This document shows, in pieces, positions 28,058 through 42,100 of a stretch of 64,000 bases of DNA. Source of the DNA: Neocallimastix sp. 'constans' (Eukaryota); assembly GCA_050613775.1 (NCBI GenBank), contig JBODTK010000129.1, positions 1-64,000 on the forward strand, in the 5' to 3' direction. Positions within the stretch are counted from its first letter, which is position 1. Each line of letters opens with the position of its first letter. Under the pieces are notes generated by a model that did not search any database, was not told the origin of the DNA, and saw only the letters and a program-made list of their open reading frames with translations. The position numbers were made by a program, and so were the translations under genes.

Positions 28058-28186
28058 CTATAAGATGTTATTTATTATATTTTAAATAATAGATAGAATA
28101 TTATGCTTTATTAAATAAATATATGTTTTTATATATAATATAATTCATTTTTTCAAAAATAATAAAATATATTTTTATTATTTTTA

Positions 28187-30598
28187 TTATGTAATTTCTT
28201 CAGTTTTATCTATAATTTCTGAAGTATTTTCTATAATTATAGATTCTCCTTTATTACTATCTACAAATGATTCTTTACTTTTAGAATTTCCAAATAAACT
28301 ATTAAAAATTCTAGACCTATTAAAACCATAATTTTTAGCTTTATTTAATGAATTACTCATAGAACTTTTTTCTGATATAGTTTTTAGATTTGGTTTTCTA
28401 GTATTAGAACATTTAGATATAATTTTGATTAAATCATTATAATTATTCTTCATTGCCAAATCCTTTGGTGAAACTCCTCTTAAATCTTTTATAAAAGGAT
28501 TTGTATTTTTATTAAGTAATAGAATTTTTGCTGAATCTAAATAACCCTTTTCTATTGCAATATATAGAGCTGTCCTTCCTTTTCTTTCTTTCATATTTAA
28601 ATTTAGGTCTTTTCTTTTTAACATTAACTGAACACATTTTGTATCTTTTATTGTTAGCATTAGTGCAGTTTTTCCAATATTATTGCATGTATTGACATTT
28701 GTATTATTACGGCTAATCAACATTTTTATTATTTCTGCGTTGCGATTAATAGCAGCAAATATTAATGCGGTATTTTTATATTTATCTTGTAAATTAAAAT
28801 CAATATCTTTTACTTTAAGTAAATATTTAACAGCAAGGGGATAGTTCTTGTCACAGGCAAGAATTAATGGAGAACGTAAATTTTTATCAACTATATTAAC
28901 ATTAAATTTTTTAGTTTTTAATAATGTTTTCAAATGGACCATATTTTCTTCAGGGTTAACTTTTATAAAGGAAGTTAAAGGTGTATCACCATTAACGTCT
29001 ATAGTATTTACTATAATATTATTTTGTTGTAACAATAATTCTGTAACCTTAATCATATTTTTTTCTATAGAATATACTAATGCGGTTTTGTTTTCAGAAT
29101 TAAGAAGATTAATATTTACATTTGGAAAATCTAATATAGCTTTTACTAATTGTATATTTCCTTTTTTCGATGCTAGCATAAGAACAGAATTACCTTTATT
29201 ATCTACTGCATTAATATCTAATTTTGGATGTTTTAATAGTTTATATACAATATCATAGCAATCTTTAAATATAGCATACATTAATGCAGTTATTTTATTA
29301 TTATTGGATATGTTAACATCAGTATCATTATTATCAATTAATAAATTGGTAATTTCCACAAGTTTCTTATCTGTTGCAATAATTAATGAAGTATTTCCAA
29401 AACAATTTTTTGCATTTACATTTACTTTAAAATCTGTAATTAACCTTTTCATTGTGGCTATATCATTATGAATTGCTGTTAGGAGCAACGGGCTATTACC
29501 ATATTTATCATAGACATTAACATCAATACCTGGATATTTTAAGAGTATATCAATAATTTGTCTATTTTTCTTTTTGATTGCCCATATTAATGCTGTTCGA
29601 TCATTTGAATCAGATAGATTTATATTTTTAGGTTTTGTATTGTTAAGTATATAATTATATATGTCTTTTTCGTTATTGCATATAGCCCATATTAATAATG
29701 TTGTTTTCATTCCTAATTTATATGTATAAGAATCTGCCATACGATCCAATAAAATATTAAATACACTTTTATTAATTAATTCATTGGCATTTTTAATTGG
29801 AATTTGTTTATTAACATCATAAACATATAGATCAATTTCTGGATATGATACTAAAAATTTAATAAAATTTTCATTTTCATTATTAATTGGTATATCGAAT
29901 ATCGTTTTCCCGTCATAGGTATTAAATCTAATATTTAAATCTTTGTCTAAAATTCTTTTCGCCTTTTTTATATCGTCATTTCGACATGCATCAATTAATT
30001 CTACTTTTTCTTTTATATATGGAAGATGCTCAAATTGTTTGATGATAATATCATTTTTCTTTACCTGAGCGAAATCTAAATATTTAATTAAAATTTGAAA
30101 TATTAAATTATATTGTATATACAATATATTAAATTCATTTTTAAACCGAATTTGTTGCTTATAATCTTCTATATTAATTTTTAACTGATCTTTTCGTGAT
30201 AAAACAAGTGGTAATACATAATCATTTGTTAAATCAGGAAAATGTGATATTAAGTCAATATTATTCAGTTCTGTAATAGCTAATGACAATAATGTATTTT
30301 TTTTTTTAATCGCTTCCGTTATATATTTTTGTAATTCTTGAAATACTTCTATAATTTTTCCAGATATTTTTTCATACTTTAATAGAAATGGATTGTGCAA
30401 TAGTTTTGTTATCATTCTATAATAATAATTATTTTTATCATATACACAATCTAATTTTTTTACTTTTGAAATAAGTTGATTAAATAATTCGTACTGTGAT
30501 GTATTTGTTTCAATAGTTAACTCTATATCATTGTACATAATTTTTTTTGTCTTTATATACATATTATCTTCAAATTCAAAAAACTCTGTCAGCTCCAT
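28187..30598 (-). CDS. Ankyrin-repeat protein (more than a dozen repeats), intronless
   Basis: 803-aa ORF with repeated D..G.T(A/P)L..A......IV..LL......N units (DRTALIWAI, GNSPLLLTA, GRTALYIAIEKG). Confidence 0.93.
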   Translation of the reverse strand: MELTEFFEFEDNMYIKTKKIMYNDIELTIETNTSQYELFNQLISKVKKLDCVYDKNNYYYRMITKLLHNPFLLKYEKISGKIIEVFQELQKYITEAIKKKNTLLSLAITELNNIDLISHFPDLTNDYVLPLVLSRKDQLKINIEDYKQQIRFKNEFNILYIQYNLIFQILIKYLDFAQVKKNDIIIKQFEHLPYIKEKVELIDACRNDDIKKAKRILDKDLNIRFNTYDGKTIFDIPINNENENFIKFLVSYPEIDLYVYDVNKQIPIKNANELINKSVFNILLDRMADSYTYKLGMKTTLLIWAICNNEKDIYNYILNNTKPKNINLSDSNDRTALIWAIKKKNRQIIDILLKYPGIDVNVYDKYGNSPLLLTAIHNDIATMKRLITDFKVNVNAKNCFGNTSLIIATDKKLVEITNLLIDNNDTDVNISNNNKITALMYAIFKDCYDIVYKLLKHPKLDINAVDNKGNSVLMLASKKGNIQLVKAILDFPNVNINLLNSENKTALVYSIEKNMIKVTELLLQQNNIIVNTIDVNGDTPLTSFIKVNPEENMVHLKTLLKTKKFNVNIVDKNLRSPLILACDKNYPLAVKYLLKVKDIDFNLQDKYKNTALIFAAINRNAEIIKMLISRNNTNVNTCNNIGKTALMLTIKDTKCVQLMLKRKDLNLNMKERKGRTALYIAIEKGYLDSAKILLLNKNTNPFIKDLRGVSPKDLAMKNNYNDLIKIISKCSNTRKPNLKTISEKSSMSNSLNKAKNYGFNRSRIFNSLFGNSKSKESFVDSNKGESIIIENTSEIIDKTEEIT

Positions 30599-31241
30599 AT
30601 TTATATAATAATTATATTAAATAAATTTAAATAATATCATTATAAAAATTTTTTATATTATAATGAATTTATAAAATTAAATATAAATTAATTTTCAATA
30701 TCTAATAAAAAAAAAAAAAAAAAATTATTATTAAAAGTACTATCATTATTAAAAATAATTTAATTTTATTAATTTTTTATTAATAATTTAAATTTTTTTA
30801 TATTTTATTTGCATTATTGTTTATATATTTAAAATTGTTATTTTTTTTATGATAAATTAATTATAAGTATTATTAAATGAAATTTTTAAAATAAACTTTT
30901 ATTATTTTAAAATTTTTATTATATGATTAGAAAGATATACCCATAAATTATGAAATATCATTAGTTTTATATTCGTTAATTAAATTAGATAATTTTGATG
31001 GTTATATATAATTATTGTTGATGATGAAGAGTATTTTTAATATTTTTATTTCTAAAAATAATTGATGAATTTTTTTATATTAGGTTAAATAGAAACAAAA
31101 CTTTTATTTTATTTTTCGATCATAAAAATGGTAAAAATCATAAATATATATAACTCTAATAATTATAAAATTTTATTTTTTTTTTTTTTCATTTCAAAAA
31201 ATTAAAAATATATTTGAAGTATTGTATTGTTTTCTTTAATA

Positions 31242-31276
<35 letters not shown>

Positions 31277-31345
31277 ATAGATAAATAAATAAATTTAAAA
31301 TTAATAACATTCTGTATAAAATAATAAAAATAATAAATAAGTAGA

Positions 31346-31388
<43 letters not shown>

Positions 31389-32005
31389 TTATAATATTAA
31401 TAATAATTTTAAAAAAAAGATCATTTCATTATTAGTTGTGTAATTGACAAAACTATATCTTTTTTTTTACTACTTTAAGTTTTTTGAATTCATTCAATAA
31501 TATCAATATAATATTGTAATAAATTATAAATAATATATTAAAAAATAATATATTATAAATATAATTATATAAAATAATATAATAATATATAATTATCATT
31601 TATAAATATATATGAATATTTTTAAAACATTTTTATAATTCAAATGAACTTTTTATTTTTTATTTTTTTTTTTATTAATAAAATAGACAACTTTTAAAAA
31701 TTTTTAATTGAAAAATTAAAAATATTGAATTAAATAAATTATGATTGGTTATAAAAATTATTGTCCATACTCTTTTTTATATTAAAAATTTAATTTCCAT
31801 TTAATAATTAAAAAATTAATAATATTAATTTTTTTTTATAAATTTAAATTATAATAAATTAAAATATTTTTTTCTTTTTTTCTTTTTTTTTTTCTTCAAG
31901 TTCTTTTAATTCAAAAAAGTCAATTTTATTTGAAATTTTGAAATTTATTTTTTTTATTAGTGCTAGAAATAATTATAACTAAATTACCAATTAAGAAACA
32001 TAACA

Positions 32006-32901
<896 letters not shown>

Positions 32902-34149
32902 ATAATCAAATGTTATAGGCACTTTTTATTGCTTTTAGATATTTTATTTTTAAGAGTTAATATAAATGTAAAGCTGTTTTTTTTCTTTTTAAAATTCAAA
33001 GTAATGTGTTTTAAAAGAATATTCAAAACAAAAAATTTTCATTAAAAACATAAATGTAAATCATTATTTACATTTTTATATTAAAATATTATTTTAATAA
33101 ATAAATAAATAAATAAATAATAATTATTTAATTTATATACAAATTATAGTTTTTTAAAAAAAGCGTTATTTTTATTTTTATTGATTAATTTAATATTTTT
33201 TTTGTTTTAAAAAGTATAAAATAGATATAAAACATTAAAATATGATATAAATGTAATAATAAAATATTTTAATTATTTAATTAATAATTTGGATGAAAAA
33301 AAAGAGAGAAAGAAGCTTAAAATAATAAACATATATATATATTAATATATAATTTTTACATTTTATTATGTATTGTTATATAAAAATTTAATATGTAATT
33401 AAACTTACTTAGCCATTTTTAAAGATAGTATGATAATTATGATAATTAATAATATTTATTAATATTCAAATAAATAAATAAATAAATTAGTTAATAAATA
33501 AATAAATAAATTGGTTAATAAATAGATAAATGAATGAATAAATAATTAATAAATAAAGTTATTTTTTTAGTCTAATTTTTATTTTTTATTTTTTAAATTT
33601 TTTATTTTTAATTTCAAATGTACTTGTCACCTGCATGTATTTTTTAAAATAAAATTAATAAAGTTTTTGAAGTGTATTCTCTTCCTTGTCTATAAAAAAA
33701 AAAAAAAATCTTAGTCTAAAAAAAAAAAAGATTTATAATTTATTTTATTATAAGCCATGATATATTTGGATATGATGCTTATATTTTTTTTTCTACCTTT
33801 AATAAACTTGAAAAATAATTAAAATCTTTTTTTTATTCAGTAGATTTATCCCATCCCCAATGATGTGGACTATTTTTCCAGGTCCATGGAGAGTTGATGA
33901 AAAAGGAATAACCTATATCAGGTGTACTAATTGCAGCTTTCTGTGATTCTGATGATAATCGATGGTTATCCTTTCTAAAGTGGCTTCTAGTACGAAGAGA
34001 GAAAACTGGAATACTGAAAGACTGTAGAAAGTGAACTTGATATGTTATATTGTTTTAAACTGGATATGGAGTTGTATATTTTTTTATTTATCTATTTTTT
34101 ATTATTATTATTATTTTTTTTATTTTATTCTTTTTTTATTTTATTTTTT

Positions 34150-36962
34150 AGGCTTTCTTGAAATGGATAATACTTCTTTAAAGTCAGCAACTATACCTGT
34201 TTTGAGGCGAGGCCTTCGAAGATACGATATTCAGAATAAAGATTTTATTCATGATCTTCAATCATGGTCTGTTAGTAAACTTTGGGAATTTCTTAGTAAA
34301 CGTATTTCCAATTGCAATGAAATAGTTCATGGAATTACAAAAAAACACACACCTAATATGGAAAATTACTTATTTTAAGGATAAACTATGATAAACACAC
34401 TTATTATCTAAATATTTTATTTCTTCTTACCCATTGCCTTCCAATCAATAAAATTAATTGGATTCAAACCAACAAAATCCGAACTTTCATTGAAGTTAAG
34501 AAATTTAACAAAAAATTTTCTTCTTTTGAAACTAAATCAATGGTTAAAGATTTTCTATATAGTAGTATTTACTCACCGTCTACTCAGTTCTTTAATCTTT
34601 GTGTTAGTTGGAACATTAATAGATGGAATGATGATAAACATGATGGTATTAGATACTTTAATGAAATTTTTAAACCTATCTGTATTTGCTTGCAAGAGGT
34701 CGGTAATAGCCAATACCTTAATGTACATTCAAAAAATTACCAATTTCTTTGTTACTATAATTCAATTTTACGAAAAACTAATCAAAATATACTCGGTATG
34801 AGAGGTCTTAGTATAAGTTTACATCGTTCTTTTTCATTTTCTCCTGATCCTTTTGAATATAAGTATTTCATTTCTGTCAACATTACTTCTTTTTGGGGAA
34901 TTAAATGCACTATTGGTAATATTTACGTTCCTACAGTCATTCATAAGGAAGAAAGAAAGAATGCCTTTTCAGAAATTACTAATTGGATAAAGAAACATAC
35001 TAATACACCTTCTATTCTTGTTGGTGACTTTAATATGTCTAAATCCCAATTAGAAAGCTTACTTAATAAATCATCTCATCAGTGGTTCACTAAAAACCTA
35101 TCAGGTCCCGATTTCACATGGGCTCGGGATGGCGTTTTGTATTGATCATGTTTTATTTAATTGTAAAATAAAGGAATACATTAATAAGGTATCTGTTTGT
35201 AGTACATTCAATGATATATCTGACCACTTCCCTCTTATCCTTTCCTGTAAGAAAGATGACTCAGAAGGTTTTCGTGCTCCTACTCCTTCTAGAAGATTCA
35301 AGTGGTCCTAACACATGTGTAATGAAAAGCATAATGAAATATTCTCAAGTAATTACTTCTCAATTGTAAATAAAGTTCATGAATGGGCTATTAAAAATGA
35401 AATGACTTTTGGAATTAATAAGTGTGCTACTCTTGTTGTAAAATCGATTAACTTTGTTAAACCGATAAATTATGAAGATCTATCTTTCTTTATTGGTAGT
35501 AACAAAATACCTAAAACTGACAACTATACTTATCTTGGTATTCCTTTTGATGAATCTTTATCATTGAAACCTATACAATCCAAATTAAACAGTAATTTAA
35601 ATATCAAGTTAAATTTGTGCTTTCGATTTCTTATTAATAAATCTATTCCTCTCCCATTGAAGAAATATGTCTTAATTTCGTTTATTCTTAGTCTTGTTAT
35701 ATATTATGCTCCTCTCTTTGGTTCAAATAAGAGCAGATGTTCTAAAGCTCAAAAAATTATTAATAGAGTACTTTATTGGAGTTATGGATTTAAATCTCGC
35801 AATTCTTCTGTTAGTCTCTATGATATTACTCGTGAATTGAGAATACCTCCTCTTTCAGCTATCTGTGCTATATCTCAATTACGATGCTTTAGAAAATGGA
35901 AAAATTCATCATGTATTATTAATCACCTCACTAATAATATTCCTACTATGTCACATTACTCATGGACTAAAGAATCAAGGACTTTGGATAAGAAATTAAA
36001 TGGTAAGAAAACAAGTGAAATAAAAAAGTTTTATTGGGAAAGAGATGTCTTCAAACCATCAAAAGCTAAAAAAGCAATTATTTACAAGGAGAATGACTTT
36101 GGATTTATTTCAGAAATCAGAAACTTAACATTTCAATATCCTAAGTATCAATTGGGATTCTTTTGGATTTCTCGAATTAGGTATGATTTTATACTTGACA
36201 TTAGTATTTCCATTAAAAGAAAAATCGTCTCAGAAGATTGCCCTAAATGCTGCCCTTGTTGTGGTGTTAGTGTACCCAGCTTTTCCCACTGGATCTTTGC
36301 CTGTGAAGAATTGGAATAATACAGAAATAAATCTTTACCTTTTCTAGATGATCTCTTTTTGAAGTTTGCAATGATAATTGAACAAAAATCCTTGAATGTT
36401 TCTTTAGATTCAGAAAAAGATTATGATAATAATATTAATTATTTTATATTGAGTGCTCTTCTTAGTGGGCATTCAATATATAAAAAAATTAAACTTAATG
36501 ATGGGGAACAAAGACAATTAGTTGACAATATTTTTAAACAAAGTTCAACTTCGTCGATTGTTCTGTATTTTGTGGAGATTGCGGAGTTTTTAACAAACGT
36601 AATACCATTAATTTGTCGATCTTTTAGTTTGATGATGAAATGGTATTCCGTTGAATCTACCGTTGCCAAGAGCGTCGACGTCGAAATGATAAGACATGGA
36701 TTTTCACCTCCCGGTGAAAAAACTAATACAGATTCGTTAGATAACACTAATTCTGAAATTATTACTCGTAATAACGGACGTGGTGTTATTATCGAGGAAT
36801 GGGAAAAGTTAGAGGTTATTGCTTCTAACGCACTTTTATAATTTTATAATATATAATATTTTATTTCATGTATTTTATTATTTTTTTTTCCTTTAAACTC
36901 ATGTAATTTTATTATTATTATAAATTAAATAAAGTTTTCTCTAAGTCTAAAAAAAAAAAAAA
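34150..36962 (+). mobile_element. Non-LTR retrotransposon (APE-type LINE), RT core internally deleted, with 3' UTR and poly(A) tail
   Basis: Endonuclease motifs SWNIN, CLQE, NIYVP, LVGDFN, IDHV, SDHFP; post-YADD motifs NEMTFGINKC and YTYLGI; finger CPCCG...HWIFAC; AATAAA and poly(A) at 36949-36962. Contains frameshifts and a stop. Confidence 0.93.
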
Positions 36963-37240
36963 TTTATTCCATATTTTGTTTGCATTTGGATTTAGTAAAA
37001 TTGATACAAGTCTTTCAAATAATGAAATAGCATTTATAATTATAAATACTTTATTATTAATTAATAAACTATTCAATATTAAAATAATAATAATAATAAT
37101 ATATATGTATAATTTAACAATAATTATATAATGTTATTAATATCTTTATTTAAGTCTATTAAATGATCGAAATATTGGTATATAATTTTTAGGTTTCTAA
37201 ATAAATATTTGAAAAACAAAATATTTTAATTGCCTAAGTC

Positions 37241-37311
<71 letters not shown>

Positions 37312-37558
37312 TATTATTGTTTAATATTTATTTATTAATAATTAGATATATAACGCAAGTGTTATATAAATGGTTAACAAAGATTTAAAGTACAGATAAA
37401 ATTACATGTTTTTATATTTAATTGTGGCTTGTTCTAGATACATACAAATTTATATTTTAATTTGTAATTACAATATATTTAATATAATTTAATTTAATAT
37501 TTTATTAAACTTAAGCTAGACTATAACTTTATATTAATAAAATTAACATACGTTAACA
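37312..37558 (-). repeat. 3' LTR (247 bp)
   Basis: Direct repeat of 43505-43751; starts TGTTAAC immediately after the PPT on the minus strand. Confidence 0.95.
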
Positions 37559-39162
37559 CTCCCCCTCAAATTAGATTTTTTAATATTAAAAATCTTATTT
37601 GCAAATATACTCATTTTTGTACCATTAACATCTTTAGTGAGAGCGTCAGCTAACATTTCTTTTGTATCTTTGTATTCTAATTTTACTTTCCTTTTTACTA
37701 TATTATCTCTATTAAAATGAAATCTAATATCTATGTGTTTTAACTTTGTATTGATTTCACCATTTTCAATAGTTATTTTACTTGCTAAATTATCTGTGAA
37801 AATGGTAATTGTTTTATTATAATTTATTAATTCTTTTAAAATATTTCTGATCCATAGAATTTTTTTAATATTTTCGGATGTGCTAATGTATTCTGCTTCT
37901 GCTGTAGACGTAGCTACACATGTTTGTTTTTTAGAAATCCAGCATATGGGACTGTTTCCCATAAGTATTATTCCACCAGACGTAGATTTCCTGTCATTTA
38001 GATCACCTCCAAAATCGGCATCAGTGTATGCTATTATTTCCCCTTGTCCATCATATACAATTTTATAATCTTTAGTACTATTTATATATCTGAAAATATT
38101 TGTTATTTTATTCCAGTCTGATATTGTGGGTTTTTCTGATTTTCTGGCAGCCTTGTTCACGGAGAATGCGATATCTGGCCTTGTGCATTTTGATAGATAT
38201 ATTAAGGAACCTATAGCACTCTTGTAGATTGTTTTATTGAAAGGTTTATTATTTTCAGAGATAGTGTTGTCTCCTGTGCATGGTGTTTTTCTTTTTCTCA
38301 TTTCTTTTATATTAAATTTGTCTAATATATTATTTATAAAACTATTTTGTGATATAATATATTTATTCTTTTGTTTTTCAATTTTTATGCCAAGTATGAA
38401 TTCGGCTGGTCCACAATTTGATATTTTAAATTTTTCTTTAATTTTTGTAATTATATTTTGTATTTCTTTGTCTTCACCAGTTATGATCATATCGTCTACA
38501 TATAAACCTATGATGCATTTGGTTTTATTATTCTTTGAATATTTAAATATACACTTTTCAGATTTTATTTGTTTAAATCCATTTTTATTTAAAAATTTTG
38601 TAATCGTTTGGTTCCATTGCCTACCGGATTGTTTTAATCCGTATAGTGCTTTATTGAGTTTCCAGAATCCCCGCCCAAAGTTAGTATCACCTAGTGGAAT
38701 AGTAGTGTAAATATCAGTATCTAATGGAGCGTTGAGATACGCAGCTTTAATATCTAATTGGTAGATATTCCAATTAAACTTAGCTGCTAAAGCGATAATA
38801 AGCTTTAATCCATCAATGTTTAAGGTAGGAGAATAAGTAAGTTCATAATCAATACCTCTACGTTGTTTAAAACCTCTAGCAACTAGGCGAGCTTTAAATC
38901 TAACAATATTATTATTAGAGTCTTTTTTGGTAGCAAAAACCCATTTTGTCGAAATAAGATTTTTGTTTTTAGGAATGTAATTAACGATGGACATAACATT
39001 ATTATTGTATAAATTATTAAGTTCATCTTGTATAGCTTTATACCAGTAATTTTTATTAGGACAATTAATAGCTTCATTAAAACTATTAGGTGTATCAGAG
39101 TAAATTGTAAAAACCATTTTTTTCATTATTGGAAACATCATATTTAGGCCGAGAGATATCAT
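37543..39162 (-). CDS. Copia reverse transcriptase - RNase H ORF
   Basis: KARLVARGF, LDIKAAYL, LYGLKQSG, LYVDDM, YTDADF, STAEAEY, MLADALTK. The ORF reads through the PPT (LRGSV) into the LTR. True start uncertain. Confidence 0.95.
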   Translation of the reverse strand: MISLGLNMMFPIMKKMVFTIYSDTPNSFNEAINCPNKNYWYKAIQDELNNLYNNNVMSIVNYIPKNKNLISTKWVFATKKDSNNNIVRFKARLVARGFKQRRGIDYELTYSPTLNIDGLKLIIALAAKFNWNIYQLDIKAAYLNAPLDTDIYTTIPLGDTNFGRGFWKLNKALYGLKQSGRQWNQTITKFLNKNGFKQIKSEKCIFKYSKNNKTKCIIGLYVDDMIITGEDKEIQNIITKIKEKFKISNCGPAEFILGIKIEKQKNKYIISQNSFINNILDKFNIKEMRKRKTPCTGDNTISENNKPFNKTIYKSAIGSLIYLSKCTRPDIAFSVNKAARKSEKPTISDWNKITNIFRYINSTKDYKIVYDGQGEIIAYTDADFGGDLNDRKSTSGGIILMGNSPICWISKKQTCVATSTAEAEYISTSENIKKILWIRNILKELINYNKTITIFTDNLASKITIENGEINTKLKHIDIRFHFNRDNIVKRKVKLEYKDTKEMLADALTKDVNGTKMSIFANKIFNIKKSNLRGSVNVC

Positions 39163-42100
39163 TAGTAATATTAAAGAAAGTTTCAGGACTTAAAGGACGT
39201 TTGAGTACGGACTGATTGTTAATCCCTGTCATATTATCAGTCATATTTACATCTTGGTCAGAAATAATGGAAATAATATTATTATTAATGTAATTAGTAT
39301 CAGAACCTAAATCATGGTTAATAGAATAAGAATCCTGGGGAGTTTTATCGCCAATAGGAATAACATCATTTTCATCTAAATTTGAACAATTATAATTGTT
39401 AATTGATAGATTATCATCAACAACATTATCTAGTAAATTTTCATTAGTAGCAATAATATTATTATTAAAATTGTCATCTTTAATATTTTTAGTGACAGAA
39501 TCTTCATTATTTAAAGATTTATTAAGGGAAAGTTTAAATGTATTATCAAAAGTATCATTTGTTACAGATGTATTGATTTTATTATTATCATTAATTATAT
39601 TTTTATTATTGACATTTTGAAAAAAAATTTTATTAATAAATTTTTGATTAATTTTTGAAAAATTTTTAAGTTTCATAGATTTATTACTGTTATCATTAAT
39701 TTTATGTAACTTATTATCTTTATTAATAAATGTTGTAGATTCACGTGATGTATTAAAAGATTTTAATTTAGTGGAATTATTATTCATAATATTATTATTC
39801 TTCGTCATTATTGGGTCTGAATTTAAAATATAAGATTTAATTATTTTACCATTATCCAATGGTTGTAAATTAAAATTTTCTTCATTTTTTGAATAATTTT
39901 TATTATTAAAATTTTTTTCATTTTTAAATTTAGAAATATCAATATTTTCTTTAAGCGTTTTTACAGGAGTACTGGCAGGGGAATTTTCGGTTGGCTTGGA
40001 ATCATTTATATTTGAGTTAACAGTATTAATCAGAGTCGGTAAAACGATATCATTTTTACAGGATTTTTTACTATATTCCTTATGGGTAATTGAAGGATTT
40101 TCAGCATCTTTTCCTTTTTCTGCCCAATTATGTTTATTTTTATAAGAATAACTGCATTCACCTTTTTCAATGTAAGAATTATTTACCACGTTTTTTAATG
40201 AATGATTCAAATTATTTTTATTGTTTACATGGATATTGGTAAATATAAAATCATTATTATTATTATTTAAAGAATTGTTATTGACCTTTTGAAGTATATT
40301 TTGGTTTTCTAGTACTGTGTTAGTATTTTGTTTATTATAATTTTTATTTAAACGAACTATATTATTGTTACTATGTTTTACATTAGTTGAAATTTCATTA
40401 TTTACTTCAGAAATTACATTTGAATTAATATTATTTTTTGCGTATAAATTATTTTGTTCTAAAGTAATATTGTGTTTATTGTTATGTGTGTTATTTGTTT
40501 TATTAAAATCCAATAGTTTATTTGTTTTTGTGTCCTTTTCTAAGGTTATGGTTTTAATTTTGTTATTTTTATTGTTTAAATTAATTATATCGTCGTTGTT
40601 AATATTATAAACCATATTTTCTTTACCTTTATCTATATTTTTATTATTATTCATATTATCTAAAATATTAATAATTATTTTCGTGTTATTATCATGTAAA
40701 TTATTTTCTGCTTCTATTTTATTATCCTCGTTATCCATGTTCATATTGTTTAAATTATCGTTTACAATAATGTTATTTAAATCAATATTATTATTGTTTT
40801 CATTTAAATTATTATTTTCATTGTTTAGAACATTATTTATGTTTTCTATATTATTAATTATATTTTCATTTATAATATGATTATTTTCATTATTATTATT
40901 ATTTACTATATTATTATCAATTTTTGTAAAAGAGAAATATGGGTCCACAAATCCTTCTTTCTCATATATATAGTTTGCTGGACATTCCTCTAAACATTCT
41001 ACTTCTCTGACATGGTGTATTCTTTTGTTTTTTATGTCCATAATCCTATATGAGTAATTTTTCTTGCTGAAACCAAGAAATATTCCTTCCTTTTTTTTTG
41101 GAGTGAAATTGGATTTGTTTTCCATATTATCAATATAATAACATTTACATCCGAAAGTTCTTAAGTGTTTTAAAGAAATACTTTTTCCTGATATGACTTC
41201 ATCAGGTATTAAATTATTATTTCCTTCATGAGGAATCATATTATACAAATAAGCCGCATGTCTTACTGCATATTCCCAGAAATTTTCAGATAATTTTGCC
41301 CAAAATAATAAAGTTTTAGCTGTGTTTTTTATTGTTTGATTTATCCTTTCGGCTTTTCCATTATTTTCTGGACAATATGGTGGAGAGAATGATTTTTCAA
41401 TTCCATTATCTTTACAGTATCTTCTTATTTTCTTATTTTTATATTCTTTACCACCATCTGTTTTAAATATTTTAACTTTATAATTATCAAATTGATTGTT
41501 AAGGTATTTTAGAAAATCGATTATAATGTCTGGCGCTTCAGCTTTAGATTTTAAAGTGAAGAGCCAAACTTTCCACGAATATTCGTCCAAGAAAGTTATA
41601 AAATATTTTTTGTCATTAATAGAACTGTTATATGGCCCCGAAATGTCAGAGTGTATAACTTCAAGTATCTTGTTTGATTTAGGATTGTTCCCATTATGTG
41701 GGGAATGCTTCATTTTTACTACTTTACATTCTTTACATTTTGGGATCTTGATCTCGTGTAGTTCTAAATGTTTAGAAATATTTCTTATATATTGATGGCC
41801 CATTCTTCTGTGCCATATTTCTAGACTGTTTTGCCCTAAATCATCTAATGATAAAATATTTTGATTATTTATTATACTTTTTGTGTTTATTTTAAATTGA
41901 TTAAAATCAGTTGATAGAAACGTTCCGATAACATTTTTATCACAGTCAGATATAGTCAATTTTACTTTTTCTTGACTTATTGGCTCAATAACGGATGTTA
42001 TACCTATTTTTGCGAATTCGATGGCACTTATCAAGTTTTTATGTGCCTTTTTTGAATATAACACTTTGTTTAATTTTATATGGTAGTTGTTTATGGTAAA

